This document shows, piece after piece, positions 37,526-47,964 of a stretch of 64,000 nucleotides of DNA (the first letter of the stretch is position 1; each line of letters starts with the position of its first letter). The stretch lies in contig OZ242376.1 of NCBI GenBank assembly GCA_965209085.1, positions 224,001-288,000 on the forward strand, read 5' to 3'. The position numbers were made by a program, and so were the translations under genes. This stretch comes from Nitrosopumilaceae archaeon. GTDB lineage: Archaea > Thermoproteota > Nitrososphaeria > Nitrososphaerales > Nitrosopumilaceae. Below the pieces are notes generated by a model. That model was not told the DNA's origin. It worked only from the letters and a program-made list of their open reading frames with translations, and ran no database searches.

Positions 37526-39664
37526 GTGAAGGTTGCAAAACTACATTTAGAAAAAGAGGCTCTGGAATTTCTTGACAAACAAGGATACAAGGATCTCTTC
37601 CCGCCCCAAAAAACTGCCATAGATGCCGGATTATTAAAAGAAAAAAGCATACTGGTTTCAGCTCCCACTGCGGGAGGCAAAACACTCATTGCCATGATGG
37701 CAATACTCTCGTTTCTCTCAAAAGGCAAGGGCAAGGCCGTATATCTTAGCCCTCTAAAGGCGCTGGCAGCGGAAAAATATTCTGAATTTAAAAAACTCGA
37801 ACAAATTAAAATCGGCGGAAGAAAGCCCCGTGTGGCAGTATCTGTTGGAAATTTGGGCAATTCGAAAAACAATCCTGCAAACAGCGACGTTTTGATTTTA
37901 ACAAACGAAAGAATGGACTATATGATAAGGCGCGGTTCGGACTGGGTTGATGACATAGGTCTGATCATAGCTGATGAGGTGCATCTTGTCGGCGATGATG
38001 ACAGGGGACCGGCACTGGAGATGATTTTAACGCGAATGAAAAGAAAAGATCCGACACCGCAGATAATCGGCCTTAGCGCAACGGTGACAAACTCTGAAGA
38101 GATTGCAGACTGGCTGGGTGCTGATCTTGCAGAAAGCGATTGGCGTCCGGTTCCGCTTACAGAAGGCGTGTGCGACGGCAGAACGGTTGAAATGAACGAT
38201 GGTAAAATATACGAGCCTAAATTTACGGTCAGGGGAATTCCCGTGGATCTTGGTATTGAATGCGTGGTAGAGGGCGGACAGTCGCTCCTGTTTGCAGAAA
38301 CGCGCGTGCGTGCAGCATCACTGGCAACCAAGGCTGCTGATGCGATATCAGAGCTGCTCACAAGCAATGAGCGCAAATCGCTTGCAGCAATATCCAAAAA
38401 AATTACCGGCTCTAGTGAGCGCACCGAACTGGTCCAAAAACTGGCAGATCTGGTGAAAAAAGGCGTGGCGTTTCATCACGCAGGATTGGATCAGAAATGT
38501 CGCGAGGCAGTGGAGGATGGATACCGCAAAGGCGCCATAAAGCTGCTCTCATCAACTCCAACGCTTGCAGCAGGCGTAAATCTTCCCGCAAGGCGCGTTG
38601 TAATATCCAGCGTGATGCGTTACAACGGCAAAGTGGGCGCCAACGTTCCAATACGCGTCCTTGAATACAAACAACTGTGCGGCAGGGCCGGCCGGCCGCA
38701 ATACGACGATCACGGCGAGGCAATAATCGTGACAAGCAGGGCAGCTGAGGAGATTGCCGAACATTACATTGACGGCGAGGCTGAACCCATTGAATCGGTG
38801 ATAACCGAGGAGAATGCATTGCACAACCACGTTTTGGGACTTGTATCAACGGAGCCGGGAATACGCGGCGAGGATGTCGTGAAATTTTTTATGGACACGC
38901 TTGGCGGAATGCAGTACCAGAAAGGTGAGACAAAAAACGGCGTCTCTGAGGCGCTTGAATACCTGGAGGAAAAAGAGATGCTGGTCGGAAAGAAAAAACG
39001 GTACGCTGCAACCGAATTTGGAAAAAGAACCTCCTCACTGTACATTGATCCGCAGACTGCATGGAGGATGCGCGAGGCGATAACGAATGCGTCAAAAAAA
39101 GGATCGCATGCGCTCGGATTCTTACATGTAATAACACAGTGCCGGGAATTTTACCCGCGCATGCAGCTGCGGCAAAAAGATTACGAGCTAGCCGATGAGC
39201 TGCTTGAAAAGAAACGCTCAGAGCTGTTAGATCCCCTGGATGCATCCGAGTGCAGCAGAAGTTTGATTGCACTTGACATGTGGATATCCGAATATTCTGA
39301 ATCAAACATTGCAAGCGCCCTAAAGGCAGAATCCGGTGATGTACACCGCATGAATGAAACTGCGCGGTGGCTTGCATTCTGCATGAGGGAGCTCTCACGG
39401 CATCTTCAACGACCGGATCTTGCAGCAGAGATGGAGTCATTGGAGATGCGCATCAGGTACGGAGTAAAGACACAGCTGCTTGATTTGGTGCGCGTGAGGG
39501 GAATTGGACGCGTCCGGGCGAGAATCTTATACAAGAGGGGAATAAAGACAGTTGAGGATCTTGAAAAAATACCTCTTGCAAAACTTGCAGCAACCGACAA
39601 GATTGGCTCAAAGCTTGCAGCAAGTATAAAATCACAGACGGGCAGATTTGGACCGCGGCGCTAG
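37526..39664 (+). CDS. hel308: Hel308/Ski2-like SF2 DNA helicase
   Basis: APTAGGKT, DEVH, SAT, FHHAGL, GVNLPA, GRAGRP and a C-terminal HhH (GIGRVRAR). Confidence 0.92.
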   Translation: MKVAKLHLEKEALEFLDKQGYKDLFPPQKTAIDAGLLKEKSILVSAPTAGGKTLIAMMAILSFLSKGKGKAVYLSPLKALAAEKYSEFKKLEQIKIGGRKPRVAVSVGNLGNSKNNPANSDVLILTNERMDYMIRRGSDWVDDIGLIIADEVHLVGDDDRGPALEMILTRMKRKDPTPQIIGLSATVTNSEEIADWLGADLAESDWRPVPLTEGVCDGRTVEMNDGKIYEPKFTVRGIPVDLGIECVVEGGQSLLFAETRVRAASLATKAADAISELLTSNERKSLAAISKKITGSSERTELVQKLADLVKKGVAFHHAGLDQKCREAVEDGYRKGAIKLLSSTPTLAAGVNLPARRVVISSVMRYNGKVGANVPIRVLEYKQLCGRAGRPQYDDHGEAIIVTSRAAEEIAEHYIDGEAEPIESVITEENALHNHVLGLVSTEPGIRGEDVVKFFMDTLGGMQYQKGETKNGVSEALEYLEEKEMLVGKKKRYAATEFGKRTSSLYIDPQTAWRMREAITNASKKGSHALGFLHVITQCREFYPRMQLRQKDYELADELLEKKRSELLDPLDASECSRSLIALDMWISEYSESNIASALKAESGDVHRMNETARWLAFCMRELSRHLQRPDLAAEMESLEMRIRYGVKTQLLDLVRVRGIGRVRARILYKRGIKTVEDLEKIPLAKLAATDKIGSKLAASIKSQTGRFGPRR

Positions 39665-39927
39665 GATTTTACAACAGGAGAGTTTTTTATCTTTTCAGGA
39701 ATAATATCCGCATTATCTTTAATAAAATCCGAATCAAGTTTCCTATCTCGAAGCTCATCTGGCAGCATGATTGGTATTCCATCTATAATCGGATAAAATC
39801 TCTTACACTTTGTACAGTAAAGAGCCCCCACCGATACTGTATCGCCGTTGGATTTGCACTCGTGCAGCTCCAACGGGTGGTATCCGTCCATGGGACATGC
39901 GAGTATGTCCATCATGCTTTTCTCCAT
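39661..39927 (-). CDS. Trm112-like protein
   Basis: DILACP...LYCTKCKRFYPIIDGIPIMLPD. Confidence 0.85.
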   Translation of the reverse strand: MEKSMMDILACPMDGYHPLELHECKSNGDTVSVGALYCTKCKRFYPIIDGIPIMLPDELRDRKLDSDFIKDNADIIPEKIKNSPVVKS

Positions 39928-40835
39928 CAGTACACACCCTCGAGCCATTTGGAATATTTTGATCTCTGCCCATTTACTATGGCATCATATTCGTCCATCA
40001 TGGTTTTTGTAACCGGCCCGCACCTGCCTTTGGATATGTTTTTGCGCCCAATTCTTGTTACGGGAACAATTTCAGATGCTGTTCCGGATAAAAATATCTC
40101 ATCAGCTGATTTTAACTGTGAAAGGGTTATCTTTTTTTCAACAACTGATATTCCAAGATCTATACCCATGCGTTTTACCGTATCCCGGGTTATGCCAAGC
40201 AGGGGGGATGAGCTTTCAGGCGGGGTGGAAATTTTACCGTTTTTTACGACAAAGATGTTCTCTCCTGTCGCCTCGCTTACATTTCCGCTGTGATCCAATA
40301 GTACGGCATCATCGTACCCGCCGGATTTTGCCTCCCCTGTGGCTATGATGGAATTCAGATAGTTACCACCCGCCTTTGACTGTGTAGGCGTGGCAAGTCC
40401 TGAGAATTTGCGCCATTTGGAGATACACACGGAAATGCCTTTTTTGTCAAATAAATCGCCCATATCCATTACGAATATTGCCGTGTGAGTGGGGGATTTT
40501 TTTGTCAGGTGAAGCTTTATTCCGTTGTTACCGACAAAATAAAACGGCCTGATATAGCATGATTTTTTGATTTTGTTTTTCCTGCATACGTTCAGTATTG
40601 CCTTTGTAATTGCAGCACTAGTATGCCTTGACACTATGGAATAATATTCGCCGGATCTCTTGAATCTTTTGACATGATCTGCGAGCCTGAATATGTTTAG
40701 CTGCGAACCGTTCCAGTATCCGCGGATGCCTTCGAATACTGACGTGCCGTAGTGTATTGCATGCGTTGCAATTGAAACTGTGGCATCTTTTTCTTTTATC
40801 AAAGAGCCATCAAACCAAACGTACCCATACGCCAC
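39927..40835 (-). CDS. ilvE: Branched-chain amino acid aminotransferase
   Basis: HYGTSVFEGIR, KAGGNY, EATGENIF, LGITR and GTASE motifs. Confidence 0.92.
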   Translation of the reverse strand: MAYGYVWFDGSLIKEKDATVSIATHAIHYGTSVFEGIRGYWNGSQLNIFRLADHVKRFKRSGEYYSIVSRHTSAAITKAILNVCRKNKIKKSCYIRPFYFVGNNGIKLHLTKKSPTHTAIFVMDMGDLFDKKGISVCISKWRKFSGLATPTQSKAGGNYLNSIIATGEAKSGGYDDAVLLDHSGNVSEATGENIFVVKNGKISTPPESSSPLLGITRDTVKRMGIDLGISVVEKKITLSQLKSADEIFLSGTASEIVPVTRIGRKNISKGRCGPVTKTMMDEYDAIVNGQRSKYSKWLEGVY

Positions 40836-40859
40836 AAATTTGCGCCATCTTGCGCCAAT

Positions 40860-41462
40860 TTATCTATTTTTACAGGAACACCAAAAACCGTCTTTTGGAA
40901 ATTTCATTCCGGCCACCCTTATGGTCAGGTCATTTTGTTCGGAAAAATGTTCAACCATGCCGGTGTTTTTTTCAATAATGGGTACGATCTTATCTGGCAC
41001 ACTGTTTTTCCAGTCCTTACCTGAGTAAATGGCCTCTTTAACTGACGTTGCAGAGATAGGCTCCCTCTCCCCTATCATGGGTCTCATACGGTATGATTTT
41101 AGCATGCGCCCCTCTGCACGGTCTCCAGTATACGTGAAATAATCCTTGTCGTATCCGGCAACGATCCTCTGCCGCAGCATCCAGGAGGCTATGGATACCA
41201 GCGGTGGCAGATATTTTACAAACGGCGCGTTAAACTGATACTTGTCTGATACGTCCACAGAATCCCCAAAGACTGCCTCGATCATCTCTTTTCTGGATTC
41301 AAAGCTGAACGGAAAGCTCTTGCTGTTTATTTCAATGCCGCGTTTTCTAAAGATTACCGGCATGATTACGACCCTGTCGGCTTTATTCTGCAGGTTTTTG
41401 ATTATATTTACGTGCGAATTGGTAAGGGGGTTTAGGTGTGCAAGATAGATGGCAGTGGTCAA
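40860..41462 (-). CDS. Cytidylyltransferase-like (HxGH superfamily) nucleotidyltransferase
   Basis: HLNPLTNSH, PFSFESRKEMI, ISATSVK and WKNSVP motifs. Confidence 0.7.
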   Translation of the reverse strand: MTTAIYLAHLNPLTNSHVNIIKNLQNKADRVVIMPVIFRKRGIEINSKSFPFSFESRKEMIEAVFGDSVDVSDKYQFNAPFVKYLPPLVSIASWMLRQRIVAGYDKDYFTYTGDRAEGRMLKSYRMRPMIGEREPISATSVKEAIYSGKDWKNSVPDKIVPIIEKNTGMVEHFSEQNDLTIRVAGMKFPKDGFWCSCKNR

Positions 41463-41508
41463 CTGCCTGTACCCTGTACGTACACTATTTCAATATAGGT
41501 AAAACAGG

Positions 41509-41582
41509 TGGGAACGGTGGGATTTGAACCCACGATCTCCAGCGCCCGAGGCTGGCAGTCCACCAAGCTAACCTACGTCCCC
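41509..41582 (-). tRNA. tRNA-Pro(CGG)
   Basis: GGGGACG...CGTTCCCA with anticodon arm CCAGC-CTCGGGC-GCTGG. Confidence 0.95.
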
Positions 41583-41632
41583 GTGGTAAAAAACAATGCA
41601 TTGAATATTACCGTTTATGTTGGAGTGAAATT

Positions 41633-42493
41633 TTAACCGTATGACTCAAACTTTACTTCAAAACTTCCGTCGGCGCGTCTATCACGCTGAGTTACAAAGT
41701 TTTTAGGTTTTAAAAAGTCCATGACACCGTCTATTGTGCCCTGCCAGCCGCAAATATAGAATATCGTATTATCTTTGGTAATTTTTTCACCAACCATCTC
41801 TTCGAGCGGGGATTTTCCTCCGTCTTCGGGCCGCAAAAATGTCTCAACCCTGCCGGTCTGACCGCTCCATGATCTGTTAAACCATTCCTGCGGACGGCTT
41901 ATGGTAGCCCTGTATTTAAAATTCCATCCCTTGCGGTCAGAAGCTATACTCTTTTCTTCAAGATCTGTAAACAATTCTTTGTAGCTTAGCTCATCAACAT
42001 AGCTTGCCCCGTGCAGTATGATAATTTCTCTTTTGTCTCCTACATCGTGCAGGTGCTGTGCAAAGCTTACAAACGGTGCAATACCTGTTCCTCCGCCAAG
42101 ACACACTATGCGGCGGGTATCTTTTTTACCGTCGTGAAGTTTTTCGTTAATGTCAAGTGCGGCTCCGGTGGGTTTTATCCACGATATTTCATTTCCTTCT
42201 CTTGCGTTAAAAAGTTCAGTAGTCAGTCTTCCGGGAAGTGGTTTTCTGACCCATCTGATTACCAGCTCAATATACTTGTGGTTTTCTGGATGTGATGCAA
42301 TAGAGTATGCCCTTCTAATCAGCTTGCCTCCCTCGCTTGGGATGGGCATTCCTATGGTGATAAACTGGCCTGCATCATATTTGGGGACAACTCCGTCATT
42401 TGGAACCATCCTGAATATGGCCAAATCCTCCTTTAACAGCTGTACGTATGTTATAGTTGCCTTGTTTTCCTGTACCACAGCGCATGTATGCAT
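41633..42493 (-). CDS. fpr: Ferredoxin-NADP(+) reductase family protein
   Basis: RAYSIAS, GGTGIAPF, YICG and C-terminal ESYG. Confidence 0.85.
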   Translation of the reverse strand: MHTCAVVQENKATITYVQLLKEDLAIFRMVPNDGVVPKYDAGQFITIGMPIPSEGGKLIRRAYSIASHPENHKYIELVIRWVRKPLPGRLTTELFNAREGNEISWIKPTGAALDINEKLHDGKKDTRRIVCLGGGTGIAPFVSFAQHLHDVGDKREIIILHGASYVDELSYKELFTDLEEKSIASDRKGWNFKYRATISRPQEWFNRSWSGQTGRVETFLRPEDGGKSPLEEMVGEKITKDNTIFYICGWQGTIDGVMDFLKPKNFVTQRDRRADGSFEVKFESYG

Positions 42494-42615
42494 TATGCCA
42501 TTAAATATCTTATGAAAAAAAGGCAGAGATTGAAATCATAATTTTACCTGATGTAAAGCTAGACGTAAATAAGTACGAGTCAGGATTATGTTGTCGGATT
42601 TTATATCCGGCAAGT

Positions 42616-42689
42616 GGGCCGGTCGTCTAGTCTGGTAGGATACGCCCTTGGCATGGGTGAGATCGAGGGTTCAAATCCCTTCCGGTCCA
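42616..42689 (+). tRNA. tRNA-Ala(GGC)
   Basis: GGGCCGG...CCGGTCCA with anticodon arm CGCCC-TTGGCAT-GGGTG. Confidence 0.95.
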
Positions 42690-42718
42690 TTATAAATTCA
42701 AAATTATTCCCTACGCCA

Positions 42719-43180
42719 TTATATGCCCACAAGATTTGCAGCATGCTTTGCACTCTCCCTGACCTCATCGGATTCATCATCAAATAACCCAAGTATTGCA
42801 CCACCATACTCTGCGGATTTTAAATATCCTAGCGCACCTGCAGCACACGAGCGCACCATGGATGATTCGTCTTTTACAAGATGTGCAATCTCTTTTGATT
42901 TTTTTGAATCCCCCCTGTTTGCCAAAACAAGCGCACAGTATCCGCGAACGTGTCTGTCCGCATGATTCAGACACTCTGATACGGTTTTAGAAATATCCTC
43001 ATTCATAGTAATGAGCCATGCAAACGCCTCACCTCTTACACGCAGACTCTTATCTGCAAAACATTCCACCACGCACCGTACAATATTCTCATCAGAATCT
43101 GGCAAAAGATCTTCAAGCAGATGCGCTCTTGCAAGAGGTTCAGAATCATCCAACATTTTTTGCAGATCCGCATGTTTCAT
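42719..43180 (-). CDS. HEAT-repeat protein
   Basis: Repeated D...VR..A..AL units. Confidence 0.8.
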   Translation of the reverse strand: MKHADLQKMLDDSEPLARAHLLEDLLPDSDENIVRCVVECFADKSLRVRGEAFAWLITMNEDISKTVSECLNHADRHVRGYCALVLANRGDSKKSKEIAHLVKDESSMVRSCAAGALGYLKSAEYGGAILGLFDDESDEVRESAKHAANLVGI

Positions 43181-43320
43181 TATATTGCAGGATATATTTT
43201 CATATAAAATGCATTCTCCTGCAAGAGTGCCCGTAATTATTGTGCTTTAACATATACCCTTATTTTTAACCGTCTTTACAATATATCATCATGTTGTGTA
43301 ATTTGAGCAGACGGGCGGGT

Positions 43321-44175
43321 TTGAATGTGTTTTATAAAAAATGGATAATTGTAGGTCTTTCCGTATTGCTTGCAGGATTTATAATTTTACAAACAGCGGA
43401 GAGTGAATCGGACGCACCGCACCTGCACGGCAATCTAATTTTCTCATACTCTCCGTATACTGCAATACTTTTTGATCTTGATACGGGCATTGAAAAGGCG
43501 GAAATAAGACTGCCAAATGGAGAAATCTTTGATCTGAGCAACGCGCGTCTGACAGTTGAAAGTGACGGCAGCTTTACCATAAACCACGCATCCTCTAAAT
43601 CAATAGTGGTAATTGCCACGCCAAACGATGCGGACAATTATGCCATATCGGTACACGTTTCCATGTTTGATACGACAACTAGAAAATCAACACTTGAGAC
43701 TGCCGCATACGATGCAATACTTGCACCGCTACCACATGAGGAGCCAGCTCCTCCGGCAATAGTGGATGATAGAACAATACAAATCCTTGAAGAAACCCCT
43801 CATAGAGGCTATACGACCGAATCATTTGACTTTGACATTTTAATTGTGGATCCTACGATAAACCGCCACCGGGATATTCACTTTAATGACGGACGTGTAT
43901 CTGGCGCAACCATTAACGGTAAAATTTATGATTCTGAAAGGACATTGATGGAATCATTTACCCATACCACGCAACAAAATGATGAATATGCTCATTCCTG
44001 GCCGGTACCTTATAGCGCTACCACTAGGGGTGCCTATACCATACAAGTGGATGCAACAAAAGTGTTTGATACCGGGCATACGGCATCTGATTCCATAATT
44101 ATAGAATTTTGGGTAAATGAACGCGATGATGACTCTAATAGTATCACCAATAGTACCGGCAATAACACTAGATAA
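43321..44175 (+). CDS. Secreted or surface hypothetical protein (beta-rich)
   Basis: Signal-like KKWIIVGLSVLLAGFIIL and an Ig-like C-terminal strand pattern (GAYTIQVDA); start uncertain. Confidence 0.6.
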   Translation: MNVFYKKWIIVGLSVLLAGFIILQTAESESDAPHLHGNLIFSYSPYTAILFDLDTGIEKAEIRLPNGEIFDLSNARLTVESDGSFTINHASSKSIVVIATPNDADNYAISVHVSMFDTTTRKSTLETAAYDAILAPLPHEEPAPPAIVDDRTIQILEETPHRGYTTESFDFDILIVDPTINRHRDIHFNDGRVSGATINGKIYDSERTLMESFTHTTQQNDEYAHSWPVPYSATTRGAYTIQVDATKVFDTGHTASDSIIIEFWVNERDDDSNSITNSTGNNTR

Positions 44176-44293
44176 TAAAATACAAGTCAAAAACCATCAG
44201 CATATCTTGGATCTGACACAATCCCATTTGCCATAAACGGCTGCAAGCCTGATTTCTTCTAGGTTTAAATTATGCAGGGCGTGAATTGTCCAT

Positions 44294-44578
44294 ATGTCGA
44301 CTGAGGCAAATGATACGATATTCATTGGCAAAAAACCGTTAATGGCATATGTAACCTCCACGCTGATACAGCTGGCCAACCTACCCGTCGTCCACATAAA
44401 GGCCAGAGGCATGAGCATAGGCCGGGCTGTTGATGTGGCGCAGATCATCGTTCGCAAGACCGAGGGTGCCGGCTACGCAATTGGAGACATCCGAATCGGC
44501 TCCGAAGCCATGGAGTCAAAAGACGGCAAACCCCGCAACGTCTCGACAATTGAAATACAGGTAAAGCGTAACGCATAA
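44294..44578 (+). CDS. albA: DNA/RNA-binding protein Alba
   Basis: IGKKPLMAYV, KARGMSIGRAVDVA and VSTIEI motifs. Confidence 0.95.
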   Translation: MSTEANDTIFIGKKPLMAYVTSTLIQLANLPVVHIKARGMSIGRAVDVAQIIVRKTEGAGYAIGDIRIGSEAMESKDGKPRNVSTIEIQVKRNA

Positions 44579-44629
44579 AATACCAATTATTTTTATTTTC
44601 ACATCCCGCGCATGGGAATACCGTGCATG

Positions 44630-44869
44630 CTAATCGTGTTTTTTCTTGCCGGTCCATTCCTCGTATGTTTTTATGAGACCGTCGATGTCTTTTTTCTCTT
44701 CCGAGTATGCGACAAATATTCCAAACTCGCCCTTTGAATCATGACCTCTTGCATAATAACCCCAGAAACTATCCGGCAGTTTCTCAAAACTGGATTTGTT
44801 TTTTGCCACGCCCATGAGGTTTTTGGCCAACGTTGCTGCAACACTTGATGCGTCATCTGAATCGATCAT
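44630..44869 (-). CDS. Small conserved hypothetical protein
   Basis: 79-aa ORF co-oriented with the PadR gene. Confidence 0.55.
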   Translation of the reverse strand: MIDSDDASSVAATLAKNLMGVAKNKSSFEKLPDSFWGYYARGHDSKGEFGIFVAYSEEKKDIDGLIKTYEEWTGKKKHD

Positions 44870-44899
44870 GTATGAATTTTGATGCCCCGTGATAAAAGC

Positions 44900-45382
44900 C
44901 TAGTCTTGCTTTTCTTTTTTGGCATCAAGCCTTGCAAGCTCTGATTTTAAAAATTCCCTGTATTCATCTTCGCCGCCGCTCTTTGAAGCTCCCGGATACT
45001 CGCCGCTGACTCCTGCCACGAGTCTCTCAACCATATCCGATAGGACAAACTTGCCCACGTTGCCCAGCGCCATTATGGTGTCAATCTGTTTTTTTACCGC
45101 CTGCCCGACGCGGTCAATATCTTCTGAGGTTTTTCTGCCTTTTTCCGTTACGGTGTATTTGCCTCCATCCTCTTCAAGAATTAATTTTTCAACTACAAGT
45201 CTTGCAAGCATTGGATATATCAGACCAGGTGATGGCTTCCAAACCCCTTTGCTTTTTCTCTCGGCATCCTCTATGATCTCTTTGCCCGTGCGGGGCTCTT
45301 CCTTTAGAGTCTCTAAAATGAAATATCTTGAAAATCCCCTTGGAACTACGCACTCGAATAGTCTGTCTACCATGTGCATCAT
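44900..45382 (-). CDS. PadR-family transcriptional regulator
   Basis: WKPSPGLIYPML...YTVTEKG. Confidence 0.88.
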   Translation of the reverse strand: MMHMVDRLFECVVPRGFSRYFILETLKEEPRTGKEIIEDAERKSKGVWKPSPGLIYPMLARLVVEKLILEEDGGKYTVTEKGRKTSEDIDRVGQAVKKQIDTIMALGNVGKFVLSDMVERLVAGVSGEYPGASKSGGEDEYREFLKSELARLDAKKEKQD

Positions 45383-45599
45383 ATCGCTAGCGATATATAT
45401 TAACTATTTGATACAGAAACTTTGAAAATATATCTATTTTTAAATATAATGAGTGCATAAATTATAGTAATACGCGTTATTTTTTAATAAACTGCAAAAT
45501 GATTATAGTTTGGTTTAATGAATCAAGGGTTCTAGATGAATGCTAAATCGTTTACCAAACCCAATGGGAAGATCATCGAATCTACATTTCAGCCAAATT

Positions 45600-45890
45600 T
45601 GCTGCCACCACAAATTTTCTATAATGATACTGCAATTACAGGCGAAATACACAAACAATCTTGATGAAATTCATGCCAACAGCAACGCGCGCCAACTAGT
45701 GGATCATTTGTTTGAAAACTCCTATATCACAATACCCAAAGCCCAGGAATTATTGTCCATAACATACCCGTCTGCAAAAAACGTGGTTCAGGTACTGATC
45801 AAAGCCAAAATACTAGAGGCATCAAAAATACCTTATCGCAGCAAAGTTTTCCATGCCAGAGAAATAGAAATTCATGCAGTAAAGCGTTGA
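45600..45890 (+). pseudogene. Fragment resembling the C-terminal wHTH of Fic-family proteins
   Basis: LFENSYITIPKAQELLSITYPSA...ILE...RSKVFHAREI, with no Fic catalytic domain upstream. Confidence 0.5.
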
Positions 45891-46091
45891 AAAGTACCCC
45901 TACCTGATAATCCAATAACATCGTGATTTCTCCGCATCTGATTGAGTTGTCTTTGCAGAATAATCTTTATGATCTCTAGTAATATTTTATCCATGAGGTC
46001 ATATCATGTCTAAAATTTATGCAATAAATGAAAATGCAGATATAAAATAGTACAAGGTGCAGATCTTGTATTTTTTTCTAAATATCCTAAT

Positions 46092-47470
46092 AGAGTTTAT
46101 ACATAATCAATCGAAGAGACATACGATTCTGATTATGACGGTCATGATCAAAACGCACATGGCCTAAAACCTTCAAGTAGACAAATTAAAATGTCCCATA
46201 CATGACAAAAAGCAGAATATTATGCGTGACTTACATAAATATGTGCTATTTGATTTTCGGGCAGACTTTTTCCAACAGTTTGATGTATTTAGGATCTTTT
46301 AACATTATATGCAAATTGGTTAATCCTGTAACCACTTGGAGTTCTATATGAAACGTATCAATGTTATCATTATATACGGCACTCATTCTGCGGAACCATT
46401 TGAGTCGGTTTATAGCATGCTCTGTTTTTATGAGCTTACGACTGATCCTCTTTTTGTATTCGTGTTCTGTCAATCCCCTGTCTTTTGGTTTTTTGTACGG
46501 CTGTTTTGAGATAATTCCGGGATAGTCTTTTTCCACGGACAAGTATCCCTTGTCGGTGTAGCATGTAATTCGGCACTCTTTTTCTGTGTCCGGATTTTTC
46601 ATGCCATCGGTCCATTTACCAAAGTTTGGCGGATTGTGCCGCAATACCTCCATGTCGTGTACTGGACACTCTTTTGGACCGCCAACGTCAAGTACCAACC
46701 CGTCCTTGTTGGAGGTTATCTGTACGTTGTAGATACATTTCTTGTACTCTTCAGAGTCGTGTACTGTTTCTTGGTTCTGCAGTATTTGAACATGTACAAA
46801 CGTATCATCAAGATACATCTCACCGCCGCCCCTGCCTGGTACGAATTTTTTAAACGACTTGATTGTATGTTCTGCCCGTATTGCGGTGGCAACATTCTTG
46901 GCAGTTGGAAGGATACTCATCAACAGTTCTTCGGCAAGGATCACATATTCAATGATGGTGCTGGGATCAACATCTACAATGAGCGCTTGTATTTCATGTT
47001 TGTAGTTGCTGTGCTTGTAACATAGTACGACAAACAAGACTTGCTTTACAGTAAGGATATTGATGTTTCCCAGATCGTTGGCATATTCTGAAAAGCTGCG
47101 GGCATCTGGCGAGCCTTTAACGGCTTTTTTGAACCGTTCTAGAATCCATTCAAACTCTTCACAATCCATTCCGGTATCCTTGTACAAATGATCCTCATTT
47201 TCAATTTCACGGTCCAAATATCCATCAACTTGTTGCTTAATGTCCTCATCACTTGGTAACGCCTCATTGTAGAGTTGTTCTATTTCTGACTTGGAAATTG
47301 TCCCATCCATTTCTAACTCGGAAATTATTTCATCCATTTCTGACTTGGAAATTACATCATCCATTTTGGGCATTATACGCATATTTGAAGCACCCATGCT
47401 GTATGAATGTGATCCTTGATCATAGACCTTTTGATCCGTCAAAATTGCCTTTTTGGTTAATTATATACGC
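46092..47470 (-). mobile_element. Divergent IS5-family element, copy 4 (ORF 46246-47442)
   Basis: TIR AGAGTTTATACATAAT at 46092; the other end is degenerate near 47460-47530; intact 398-aa ORF homologous to copies 1-3. Confidence 0.8.
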
Positions 47471-47546
47471 TCTACGAGGATGTTAAGTATATGTGCCATT
47501 TCGATATGTGGTAATTATGTATAAGCCTGAAATCAATAACAATTTC

Positions 47547-47783
47547 TTACATTGATTCCAATTTTTTATTTTCAACCAACTTTACTTCAAAATCCATAGA
47601 ACCGTCTGAAATTATTTTTTTATGATGTTTTGGAAATGTCTTGACATATCCGGATATTATCTTGACGACTTGATCACTCAAGTCAGATTTCTTTTTTGCC
47701 ACTGTGATGATTTCTGGATTATTTACACATTGTGCAATATACTGGCCCTCTGATTTCATGTAATTTACTAATATTTTTATCAT
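47547..47783 (-). CDS. HicB-like antitoxin-fold small protein
   Basis: EGQYIAQCVNNPEIITVAK resembles the HicB N-terminal motif; no hicA adjacent. Confidence 0.45.
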   Translation of the reverse strand: MIKILVNYMKSEGQYIAQCVNNPEIITVAKKKSDLSDQVVKIISGYVKTFPKHHKKIISDGSMDFEVKLVENKKLESM

Positions 47784-47964
47784 ACAACAAACGTAAAATA
47801 TGAATATAAATATCTTTGATGAACGGATCTTGTAAATTGTGATAGTATCATAATTTATCAATATAAAAATGCATGATATTTGATAAAAATCGTTATCTAA
47901 TACGTACATTTGGACGGTATTTTGCCGCGTTTACTATTTAACCAAGCCGCCGCACTCACATATA

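Noticed and set aside
37369-37575. 68-aa ORF spanning the IS110 right junction
   Set aside because: It crosses the IS/MITE/host boundary and overlaps hel308, so it is likely spurious.
45895-46005. Possible additional MITE ending in ATCCATGAGGTC
   Set aside because: No convincing left TIR or TSD could be identified.
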